From Amoeboaphelidium protococcarum X5 (Eukaryota > Fungi > Aphelidiomycota), in assembly GCA_023515725.1 (NCBI GenBank), contig JALDTO010000036.1:1-35567 (forward strand): DNA of 35,567 bases, written 5' to 3'. Position numbers and translations under genes: made by a program. The notes under the pieces were generated by a model that was not told the origin of the DNA, searched no databases, and saw only the letters and a program-made list of their open reading frames with translations. Positions within the stretch are counted from its first letter, which is position 1. Every line of letters begins with the position of its first letter. This document shows, in pieces, positions 1 to 10,648 of this stretch.

Positions 1-110
1 CCCTAACCCTGCCCTAACCCTGCCCTAACCCTGCCCTGCCCTAACCCTGCCCTGCCCTAACCCTGCCTAACCCTGCCCTGCCTGCCCTGCCCTACCCTGC
101 CCTGCCCTGC
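1..110. repeat. Telomeric array, mixed CCCTAA / CCCTG units (G-strand TTAGGG / CAGGG)
   Basis: The window begins CCCTAA CCCTG CCCTAA CCCTG CCCTAA CCCTG CCCTG. The C-rich strand is at the 5' end, as expected for a left chromosome end. A few degenerate units (CCTAA, CCTG, CCCTA) lie towards the inner edge. Confidence 0.93.
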
Positions 111-241
111 TTTATATCCAAGATGGACGGATAGTAAGACAGGTGTTGAATGATTTCAAAATTGATATCGGCGGTATTGATCCAGAGCAGTTCCAACAAT
201 GGGTGCGTAATCGTGACAAGATTGGCAACGACATGGAATGA
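110..241 (+). pseudogene. 5'-truncated coding remnant abutting the telomere, possibly the C-terminus of an ABC ATPase
   Basis: Open frame LYIQDGRIVRQVLNDFKIDIGGIDPEQFQQWVRNRDKIGNDME-TGA(239-241), with no start codon, followed by AT-rich 3'UTR-like sequence. LYIQDGRIV resembles the terminal strand after the H-loop of ABC ATPases (DRxxxxxDGRIV). Confidence 0.5.
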
Positions 242-339
242 TATTTTCAATTTACTATCATTTCAAGTGCATGCAATTGGAAAAAATATCAACTTCTGAA
301 GATTAATATATGTTTATATGTGAAATCAATCTATTATAT

Positions 340-942
340 TCAAGGCACTACTTTTAAACCCATTGACTTTGCGGTGCTGATTATAGATTTGCAGAGAGAC
401 TACAATTTCACATCTTTATTAACTTGATCTTGCTATTTAATCTTGGCAATTTCGTAAACGTGTTTAAGAGTAACATATAACTCTGACTGCTAATCTTCAC
501 CTTCATCATTGGCATTGGACACGCCATCCAAATCTATAAATGGTTTAGTATGAAGAGGTTACTTGGCTCCCTTAACAGCATTAAGAACAGTCTTGAAATC
601 TACGCCCGCCGCCTATCCACTCTAATTCATGTATATCGACGCCACGGCACGCTTGAGCATATGAGTGGTGGATGGTGTACCGAGATACATAGAGTATGAC
701 TTATCATCTGGATTAACGCGTAAATGAACGCGCACTGGGACTCCACTCTCAAATTTGATATTGCCCATGTGAGGTTCTGCAGCGACGCGTCCACTCGTCA
801 AATCATTGAATTTCTTCACAAAATCAATAGCCTTCAGCCCTTTACTGCCCAGTGCAGGTCCAATTGGTGGAGAAGGAGTAGCCATCTAGGCAGGCACCCT
901 CAATTTAATGAGCATCTTAGATACTTTATCCTTTTTAGACAT
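340..942 (-). CDS. MRPL11: Mitochondrial ribosomal protein uL11m (200 aa, table 6)
   Basis: MSKKDKVSKMLIKLRVPA[TAG=Q]MATPSPPIGPALG...VTLKHVYEIAKIK...SIISTAKSMGLKVVP-TGA. The L11 N- and C-terminal signatures lie in one frame through several TAA/TAG codons. Confidence 0.92.
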
Positions 943-1415
943 TTTGTATGGTTTTGTGGTTTTATATCGAGCTCCTCTCCTGCGAACAATAGTAGATTCC
1001 AGTGATTGAAAGTGAAGAAAATTCAAATTGTGTCGCTTTGAAAGATTGATGACATGCCATTAAACCCGCATAATACTTTCATCACTCACAAATGAAATAT
1101 GCAGAGAGAAAGAGTAAGAGAGTAAATTCCAAGTATACTCTGCATGTTTAGAAATGTTAGAATTTCATAGTGTCTCCAAGTCTCACTCCTCAATGCTTGT
1201 GCTGAAACGCGATAGGGAAATGTCAACCAACAAATAAAGCGCAGTTTTATTCAAATTTCAGTTTCAGCCAAGAATTCTATTTCGTTTCCTCCTTCATTCT
1301 CTCTCTCTCACTTTCTATAGACAGTTCATCCATCTTACTTCCTCTTTAGGCTTAAGTGTGTAAATTATAGTACAAGTAGAACATAAAATTTGAAGACACA
1401 AAGAAAGCAATAGGT

Positions 1416-2972
1416 ATGCCAAAGAGTTCAAAGAATAAGGTGCCAGATCCGTCCACCTACAACAGTGTTGTTGATGGTCTCAAGACTCTGTACAAGATGA
1501 AGATTAAGCCTTTGGAGGAGAATTATCGTTTCAATGATTTTCACTCTGCTGCCCTGACTGACATTGATATTGAGGCTAAGCCGTTCGTTCTGTTGATGGG
1601 TTAATATTCTACTGGTAAAACGTCCTTTATCTAATATCTTTTGGATAGAGCCTATCCTGGCAGTCATGTTGGTGTTGAGCCAACTACCGATAAGTTCGTA
1701 GCCATCATGAACGGTGCTGATGACAAAGTTATACCTGGATAAGCGGCTGCAGTGTCTTCGGATCTACCATTCCGTGGCCTGACTAGATTTGGTTCCTCAT
1801 TTCTGAATAAATTTCAAGTCAGTCAGCTGCCTGTTCCGTTCTTGGAGAATGTTACTCTAATTGATAGTCCTGGTATTCTGAGTGGAGAGAAGCACAGCCT
1901 TGGTAGAGCGTATGATTTCAATGCTGTTATTGAGTGGTTTGCTGAGAGGTGTGATTTGATATTACTGCTATTTGATGGTAGTAAGTTGGATATTTCTCCA
2001 GAGTTGAAGTCGGCGATTGATGTGCTGAAGCCTCATAGCGAGAAGATTCGTGTGGTGTTGAATAAATGTGATCTCATCAAGCCGTAAGAGTTGATGCGTG
2101 TCTATGGTGCTCTCATGTGGTCTCTCGGTAAGGTTGTCAATACACCGGAAGTGATTCGTGTGTACATTGGTTCATTCTGGGACAATATCGATAAGAATCA
2201 TGATAACTATGCTTTGTATATGAGCGAGATGGAAGATTTATTGCACGATTTGCGTGACTTGCCTCGTAATGCTGGTATTCGTAAGATTAATGAATTGGTA
2301 AAGCGTTCGCGAATGGCCAAGGTTCATGCTCAAATCATTGGGCACTTGAAGGCACAACTTCCATCAGTATTTGGTAAGAACAAAAAGTTGGAAGAGTTAA
2401 TACAGAACTTGGATCAGGAATTTCTTAAAGTCTAAAAGTAGTATCATCTGCCAGTGGGCGATTTCCCAGATTTGGAAAAGTTTAGAAATAATCTCAAGAC
2501 TTATAACCTGTATGAGTTGAAGAAGCTGGATCCAAAGTTGATCACCTCGATGGATGACGTGTTAGGCGTGGACCTGCCCAAGTTGATGGCATTGTTCCCT
2601 CAAGGCAATCGATCTCTGCCCGATCACGAGCGAAATCCATTCGGAGACGACGACAATGAGAACAAGGTGGTAATTGAACGACCGTTTGACTGGAGCTCTG
2701 TGGAACGTTCTCGTTACGTGGCCAAGTTTTAAAAGCTGAATCCGATCGACGGAAAGATTGCCGGAAACATTGCGCGCCCAATTCTAATGGAGTCTCAGCT
2801 ACCCACGGCAGATTTGGGCAAAATTTGGGCCCTATCCGACTTGACTAAAGATGGCTACCTGGACTCGGACGAGTTTGTTCTGTCTCAGCATTTAATCAGG
2901 CTCAGACTGGCCGGTATTGACTTACCCGACACTCTTCCATAGTCACTGCTACCTCCAAAGAGCAAAGTATGA
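1416..2972 (+). CDS. EHD1: EH-domain-containing dynamin-like ATPase (EHD1/RME-1 family), 518 aa
   Basis: P-loop G[TAA=Q]YSTGKT, VEPTTDKF, DSPGILSGEK, LNKCD, RVYGALMWSLGKV and a C-terminal EH domain (LGKIWALSDLTKDGYLDSDEF). Single frame ending at TGA 2970-2972. Confidence 0.95.
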
Positions 2973-3092
2973 TCATTGAATCTTCCGTGAAATGTGTGTT
3001 GATTATTATAATTGTATGGTCGTTTTTAAAACTATTGATGCGGATAGATTGAAGTGAATGACTGTAAATTTAATTTTATCAACGGCAATTGT

Positions 3093-3746
3093 TCAACTTA
3101 AATCAATGTTTTCACTATAATCACTTTAACTTAATGGGTTTAACTATATCCAAGATTTGACATCTTCAGGATTCTCATATCGAAGGCGTTGTAAAAGAGC
3201 AGAGAGTCGCTCGAGATAATCATCTCCATGTGCCTCCTCCGTGGTCACATCAAATTTATCCACAATTATCGCGTTTGAAGGATTACGCGCAGTCTTGGCC
3301 ACAGAATCATCAAACAGAATTGTGTTGGTATCATTGAAAAGCTTATCTGGATTAATAGCGTCAGAGTCCCACACTTTGCTCAAGTCTTTGACGACGGCAG
3401 GTTTGTGTTTAGATTCCCACCCGACCATTTCACATTCCTCTTTACACCATATAAATTTAAAACTATTCGCTCCCACCAGATGAGGTACAATACCGATAAC
3501 ATTCCGGTGCTCAGCACTAGTCCACAGAGCAACATGAAAGCCTTGATCGAAGAGTGTCTTCATGAACTTATCCACAGATGGCCTTAGAAACACAGCACGT
3601 TGCTGCACCTTAAAGTCATTCTTTAGACGCTTGCTCTCCTCCACAGCTTTCCACAGCTTCCGCCTGTCCTTACCTATTCTGTCTATGAGCACTCCATTTA
3701 GATCGAATATCAATAGAAAGTGTCGCATTGTACGATTTTTACACAT
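3093..3746 (-). CDS. FCP1/NIF-like HAD-superfamily phosphatase homolog
   Basis: LLIFDLNGVL, FLRPSVDKFM, VALWTSA, VKDLSKVW, NTILFDDSVAK...NPSNAI. Reads through TAG 3144-3146 to TGA 3093-3095. The start is uncertain (ATG 3746 or 3728). Confidence 0.8.
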
Positions 3747-3951
3747 TTGCAATAGCGAATCAGTAGATCGCTTAAAGGATCGAACAGCCTGTTGGTTGAC
3801 TGATGCATTTGATCTAAATCGAACATAAGGCTGGATAATCAACACTTTCTATTAGATTAACTTAAGTATGAACCGCGTATCTAATCTTATTTTTTGTGAT
3901 ACAGGTAGATTTAGAGTCTCTGGTGATGTATTTTTAACAATCTCTGTTACG

Positions 3952-3962
3952 GCTGATTGGTT
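3952..3962 (-). promoter_or_regulatory. CCAAT box (NF-Y/HAP-type) upstream of receptor kinase 1
   Basis: Minus strand AACCAATCAGC, about 165 nt upstream of ATG 4125. The same element at the same spacing precedes paralog 2. Confidence 0.5.
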
Positions 3963-4124
3963 GGTTGTGATTACTTTACATATGCCGCTACTGTGATGAT
4001 GCTGACTTCATTCATATCCCTTCTTCCCTCTAATCGTAGTCCAATTTGACTTTAATTCTTAATCTCTGGTAATAGAAAATTACTTTGCTGAGCATTTTTG
4101 AAATCTGAATAGTGAATCTTGGTT

Positions 4125-6902
4125 ATGAGCTTTGCATCCGTGACTTTTGCGAGTGCTAATATAATTTTGAATAGTATTGATTATCGTTAATCAGATGGCA
4201 CCATGTTCATCGCTGGTTAGTCGACAACAGGTATTTCGTACTTGTATCATTATGCTTCCAATGGGACACAGCTATCAATGTAATCCCTATTGCCTAGTGG
4301 CTATTCTTCTTTCGCTATGAAGGCGCTGAAAGTGGATTAAATGACTGGCGAGATAGTTGCCACAGGTTCAGCTATAGCCATTTCTGATTCGCGCTACGTC
4401 GTTGTAGTTTATCGATTCAACGCAGATAAAAGTGTCGCCATGGAAGCATCGTTGCCTTCTTAGAGCGGCGGTGCTCTTCCTTAAGGTTTGGCAATTGATG
4501 GAAGCAGCAGACGTTTGTACGTATCTGGGATAATCGATGGTAACTATGCGGGATACTCGCATAAGGGCGCGTGGGACACATTTCTTGCAGCTATGACTTA
4601 CAATGGCGGTCAACTTTGGATTGTTCAGGAAGGTGCAACTTTAGATGACTATTTGACTAGTATTGAACTTTTTGGCAATAACGTGGTTGTTGGCGGCTAT
4701 TGGAATGATGCAACTTTTTTTGGGCAACCACAAGGTTTTGGTTACCTTGCTTCATACACGACTGCTGGCGTCAAAAATTGGGCTACCAACTTTGTCTTTA
4801 AATCAGCAATTTATTCGGTAATCATTCGCGATAATCTGATCTAAGCATCTGGCGTTTATAATTCTTCGGGTAGCAATTATGAACTCTTTTGGCGGACTTT
4901 CAATCCTTCAACTGGTGCTCTTGTTACATCCGTTTATTAAGCCGGGGATACAGGTAATAATTTGCAGTTCATGAAAGGTACTATTGATCCCGTGAATGAA
5001 ATGAAGGTTTTAGTGGGCACCGGTACGGACGATTTTATTATGACAATTTGCGGTAGTGTTGTCAGTTCACGGTCTCCATTGGCTATCGGAGCAGTTAATG
5101 GTATTGCTTAAGATTTGATTTCGCGCAGATTTTGGGTTGTCGGTGTTTCTGGCTTCAATGGAGTGTTACTTCAAGAGAGTGCTGTCACTCTGCTGGCTCA
5201 AGGTTGTGGAACTACTACCACCGCAGGTGCTACCACTCTCTCTACTACTACAGCGAGTATCATGACAACAACTACAACTACGACTACTACATCGACTGTT
5301 ACTGAAACAATTGTGACTACTACAAGGACTTCTACTCCATCAACAACGACTACAATTAGTTCTACTACGACGACAAAAGCTACCACCACCACCACCACCT
5401 CAACGTCGACAACTACCTTATCTACTACGTCCATTAATGCAACGGCAACACCAACCTCGACTATGCTGTCAACTATTACTAGTATTACGCCAACCACAGC
5501 TGTTACCACGTTTATGATTATGAGTCCTACACCATCGGCGACGACAATCAGCACCTATTCTACTATCATCCCGACGACCAACAGTACATCATCGACTGAA
5601 GTCCCGACAACGTCTACTATTAGTAGCATCGCTAACTCCTCTGATCAGTCTACGGCAACATCTGCATCTATAGCTTTGGCTTTCAACAGCTCTATGGGCT
5701 TTAATGGAAATTTTAGTAGTACTGGTCTATCACATACTAGTGCGTTTGTGCCATCAAGTATCAGTCTTAGCTCTCATTTGTCAAGCCTCAGCTCTAGAGC
5801 TCCCTTTTCTTTTGATTATAACTATGTTGATGGCGGTGCTACTTTGCAGAGTACTTTAACTGACGACAATAATTTGGATGTTGGAGGATAACCACTCAAT
5901 TCTGGAAATTCTAGTATTCTGTCTAATGTTATCGCTGGTGTCTCTGGAATTGTAGCTTTTGTCGTACTTAGCGTTCTGGTGGTACTCTATTTGCAGAGAC
6001 GTAAACGTGCGGTTGCTTAAGCTAAAAAGTAAAAGAGTTCTACCTACGGAGTTATTGCCGGAACAATGTAGATGTCTACAACTTAGACGTCAACTGTCAT
6101 TCCTTCTAGCACTTATTTTAGTTAGACCATGGCTCCGGTTACTGATGTCCTGGCTATCCCGGCATTCCTGATGTTGAAGGCTGGTTATGATTTTAGGCCT
6201 TTAACTTTGCTTGCTCAAACTGGTAATGGATCTCTTTATACTGGCGATCTTCTGAATGACAATGCTCGGCAGAAGTTTGGGGTTTCTACCGTGGTTATCA
6301 AAATAGTGTCTGAAAGTGTGTTAAGTATGGGTGACAGAAACAGAAACTCCTTCTATCAAGAGTTGACTTTGATGTACTTGTTCAAAGATCAGCCTTAATT
6401 TATTAAATTGGTAGGTTATAGTGAGTAGCCAGCGGCTATTGTTATGAAGCATTACTAGCCTGGAAGTTTGAAAGACTTTATATTTGGAGAGCAGCGTGCA
6501 TAAGGTCTGGTTTACAGCAAGTATTAGTTATTACTGATTCTTAAATAACTAGCTATTGGCTACAGACATATGCACAGTATGAACATTGTCCATTTTGATA
6601 TAAAACCTGATAATGTGTTGCTGGAATTCTGTGCTCCATAATTGGTGATGCCGATAATCTGCGACTTTGGAATCACCTAAATTTTCGACTCTGACGCATA
6701 CAAAGTCAAATCACTCTAGATTAGCAATATTCGCGGTTTAAGTTTAATTTACGCTGCACCTGAATTGCTGGTTGAATTTAGGCGTTAATTCTGTAATGGC
6801 TTGTAACGCGAAGCTGGTAAATCAATGGATGTTTACGCGTTCGCTGTGATGATGTTTGAATGCTTAACAAGGTCCAAGGCTAATCATAACTCTTGGTAGT
6901 GA
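4125..6902 (+). CDS. Receptor-like kinase 1: beta-propeller (SBBP-like) ectodomain, Ser/Thr stalk, single TM, C-terminally truncated non-RD Ser/Thr kinase (925 aa)
   Basis: One frame from ATG 4125 to TGA 6900-6902 under table 6. GNYAGYSHKGAWDTFLAAMTYNGGQLWIVQEG; Thr-rich 5210-5760; TM VIAGVSGIVAFVVLSVLVVLYL then QRRKR; kinase motifs VVIK, FYQEL, HFDIKPDN, DFG, YAAPE, DVYAFAV. Confidence 0.88.
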
Positions 6903-7432
6903 ACGAAAGATTGATGAATGAAATAGTGGAACAAAACTAATAAGGGCTTCATATATCAGTCTTGTTTCTGTAAACTATAAATTTCAATAAGATGTAAAAA
7001 CCATTTTGTAGTGCATTACCTCATAAATAACGTGATTAAGTGTGATTTATATGGTTCACCTTGTAGATAAAATTTGATGATCAATAAGATCTGTTCAAAA
7101 TTGCGGCAAGGTATCTTGCAATTAAGCCATCTATTACATTTCATCGACCGCCAATATTATCATTACCAGCACTTCCAATGGAGTGGAATAATAAGAAATA
7201 TCGCAGCATGTCGCGTATCAAATTATAAGCATCTTGATTTCGGATTGATGATGTTTCAAATTTGGAAATCCTATGACTTTGTTTAAAAAGGCTATATAAT
7301 AAAAAAAGGTTCTTTTTAACTATTTGAGATACTTGGTTTCATTAACGATAAAGTATTGCGTGAGTTATTGAACTGGATAACTAAAAGTCTTCACGAATCT
7401 TCTGCGGTTTATTTATAACACTGATTGACGCT

Positions 7433-7443
7433 GCTGATTGGCT
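7433..7443 (-). promoter_or_regulatory. CCAAT box upstream of receptor kinase 2
   Basis: Minus strand AGCCAATCAGC, about 164 nt upstream of ATG 7605. Confidence 0.5.
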
Positions 7444-7604
7444 GACTCTGGACTGATTAAATATGCTGCTGTTGCTATTGCACTGGTGTTGGCACAATCA
7501 TATCACAGTCTTTTTTTACAACATCTCTTTCAGTAAACCTCAAGCTATTAAAATTCATATTTTAAAATCTTTTAAATCCTAAAATAATTTAATATTGAAT
7601 TGAT

Positions 7605-10364
7605 ATGAGCTTTGTATCGCTTCCGTTTAGTGGGACTATGTTGACTAGTATTGCTTTTAGGTAATCAGATGGAACAATGTTTATTGTGGGCCAAGGCGAT
7701 GGCTCATCATATCTCTATCAATATGCTGCAAATGGCACACAACTGTCCAGTTAATCCCTATTGCCTAGTGGATATACTTCTCTTTAGCTGGATGCGGTAA
7801 AGGTGGACTAGACAACGGGCGAGATTGTAGCTACAGGTAACGGAAGATCTACGTCTTTGGCGCGTTTTGTTGTCGTTATTTGTCGATTCAATTCTAATAA
7901 AAGTGTCGCCACATTCGCATCACTGCCTACTTAAAGTGGTGATGCTTTTCCTTATGGCTTAGCCTTAGATCAAGGCAGTAGGCGTGTGTATCTTTCTGGC
8001 CTGGTGGGTGGTAACTTTGCTGGATACACATACAGGGGCGGTCCTTGGGATACTTTTGTTGCAGCTATGGACTACAATGGAAACTAGCTATGGGTTGTTT
8101 AGGAAGGTACAACGGCTGTTGATTAGCTGTATTGTCTTGAACTTTACGGTAGTAACGTAATTGTTGGCGGCCTTTGGAATGCTGTATCTTAGTACAATTT
8201 ACCTTATGGATATTTGGCTTCATTCACTACAGCTGGCGTCAAAAATTGGGCCACTGTTTTTAATTTCAATTCTGCAGTCTATTCAATTACTATTCGTAAC
8301 AATCTGATTGAAGCATCCGGTGTATACAACTCTGCGGGCAGCAACTATGAACTCTTTTGGAGAACCTTCAATCCCTCAACTGGTGCTCTTGACACCTCTA
8401 TATATGCAGCTGGTAATACAGGCATTAATCTGGTTAATATGGTAGGCATCATTGATCCTGTGAATGAGATGAAAGTGTTAGTTGGCACTGGCACAAGTGA
8501 TTTCATTATGAGAATCTGTGGTACTGTTGTCGGTTCAAGATTTGCATTAGCTATCGCCACTGTCAAAGGTATGGCATAAGATTTAAACTCATAAAGGCTT
8601 TGGGTGGTTGGCGCGACTAGTGGTGGTCTTGGAGTTTTGTTGTAAGAGAGTGCCGTCACTAAATTGGCATAAGGTTGTGGTACAACTACTACTACAACAT
8701 CTACTAAGACTACCTCGACTCCTACTACTACTACAACCACAACAACAACTACGACTACCACTACTACAACCACGACAACTACTACGACTACCACCACCAC
8801 TACAACGACGACTACCACTACCACTACTAGTACCACTAGTACCACTACTAGCACGACTACTACCTCGACGCCGACCTCGACTACCACCACCACCACGACT
8901 GCTACGAGTACTACACCGACTACGACGACAACTGCAATTACTACACCAATAACGACATCAACGACAACAACAAGTACACCAACAACGACGACTACTACAA
9001 GAGCAAATTCTACAACGACTGGTCCGATTATCTCCTCTGCAATAAGTACCTCATCCACCACAACATCAGCTGAAGTCTCCTCCTTATCTATCACTACTAC
9101 AAGCTAGATCTACTCGTCGACTCTGACGACGACGTCTATTGATATACTGACATCTACATTCTCGACGTTGACTTCTAGTAATTCAGTGGCATTGGATGGA
9201 TATTCCAGTAGTGGTTGGCACAAACTCCTCAGCACTTCTGTCCCTTCAACTTCCATTGCACTAATTTCATTTGACTATAACTCTAATGGCCAAGGTGCAT
9301 ATTTTCAGAGTAGTGTTGCTGATATTACCTAATCAGATGTTGGAAATGGGCCAGGGTAGCAGATTTATTCCGGTAATAATGGTATATTATCCAGCATAAT
9401 TGCGAGCGTCTCTGGCTCCATTGCTTTGGTAATACTTGGCCTTTTTGCGGTGCTCTTGGTGAAGAGGCGTAGGAGGGCGGTCGCTGGAAGATATAAGAGT
9501 TCAACTTACGGAAGCTCTTTCGCTACAACACATATGCATACGGCTCACACGTCTACTGTCATCCCTAGCAGCACGTATTTTAGTTAGACGTTGGCTCCGG
9601 TTACTGATGTGTTGGCAATACCGGCATTTTTAGTTTTGAAAGCTGGTTATGATTTCAGGCCTGTAACTTTGTTGACTAAGACAGGAAATGGAGCCTTGTA
9701 TACTGGTGATCTTCTCAACAGTAATATTGGTTAGCAGTTTAACATCTCTACTGTGGTTATCAAAATAGTTTCTGATAGTATTTTTAGTATGGGAGATAGA
9801 AGTAGAAACTCCTTCTATCAAGAGTTGACTTTGATGTATTTGTTCAGAGACTAGCCACAGTTTATTAAGTTGGTAGGTTATAGTGAGTAGCCGGCGGCTA
9901 TTGTTATGAAACATTACTAGCCTGGAAGTTTGAAAGACTTTTTATCTGGAGAGCAGCGTGCAGAAGGTATGGTGTATAGCAAGTATTAGCTCTTGTTTAT
10001 TCTTAAATAGCTAGCCATGGGTTACAGACATATGCACAGTCTGAACATTGTCCATTTTGATATAAAGCCTGATAATGTGTTGCTGGAATTCTGTGCTCCA
10101 TATTTGATGATGCCGATAATCTGTGACTTTGGAATCACTTAAATTTTCGACTCTGACGCGTACAGAGTCAAGGCGCTGTAGGTAAGCAATATTCGTGGTA
10201 TAAGTTTTACTTATGCTGCACCTGAACTGCTGATTGAGTTTAGGCGTTAATTCTGTAATGGCTTGTAACGCGAAGCTGGTAAATCAATGGATGTTTATGC
10301 TTTCGCTGTGATGATGTTTGAATGCTTAACTAGGGAAAGAGCTTGTCAAAGCTATTGGCAATGA
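7605..10364 (+). CDS. Receptor-like kinase 2 (paralog, 919 aa)
   Basis: MSFVSLPFSGTMLTSIAFRQSDGTMFIVG...; long poly-Thr stalk; TM IIASVSGSIALVILGLFAVLLV then KRRRR; HFDIKPDN, DFG, YAAPE; TGA 10362-10364. Confidence 0.88.
8681..9000 (+). repeat. Coding ACN trinucleotide (poly-Thr) low-complexity tract, mucin-like stalk
   Basis: Runs of ACT/ACC/ACA/ACG codons. These explain the spurious poly-Val ORF on the minus strand. Confidence 0.9.
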
Positions 10365-10648
10365 AAGTTTGATATGATTTAATAACAGTAATGATAATAC
10401 GTTTTATGCATACTTTCATTTTTGTTTACTTCACATGGACAATGCAATCAACCACCTGGTGATAACGCCAGATTTCTGGAAAGTCTATTTTTGGAATAGC
10501 AACTCGATGGCTGTGGTTACCTCATGTGTGCTCCGTTTTTTCTCTAATCCTTGTTGATCCTTTAATATTGACATTATTGATAATTATTGATTGTTTACTT
10601 TATATTATCTTTATTGAAAAGACTTTGGATTGATATTAAATTTTGGAA

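Noticed and set aside
1-110. CRISPR array or generic satellite
   Set aside because: There are no spacers. The units are 5-6 nt, terminal and C-rich, which is telomeric.
3700-3715. DLNGVL instead of DxDxT as a novel inactive phosphatase
   Set aside because: The DLNG variant is, to my knowledge, common in a known FCP1-like subfamily, so it is not distinctive.
6903-7604. ORF 7074-7286 as a gene or as the missing kinase exon
   Set aside because: It has no helix G-I-like sequence and no counterpart after paralogs 2 and 3. It looks like AT-rich intergenic DNA.
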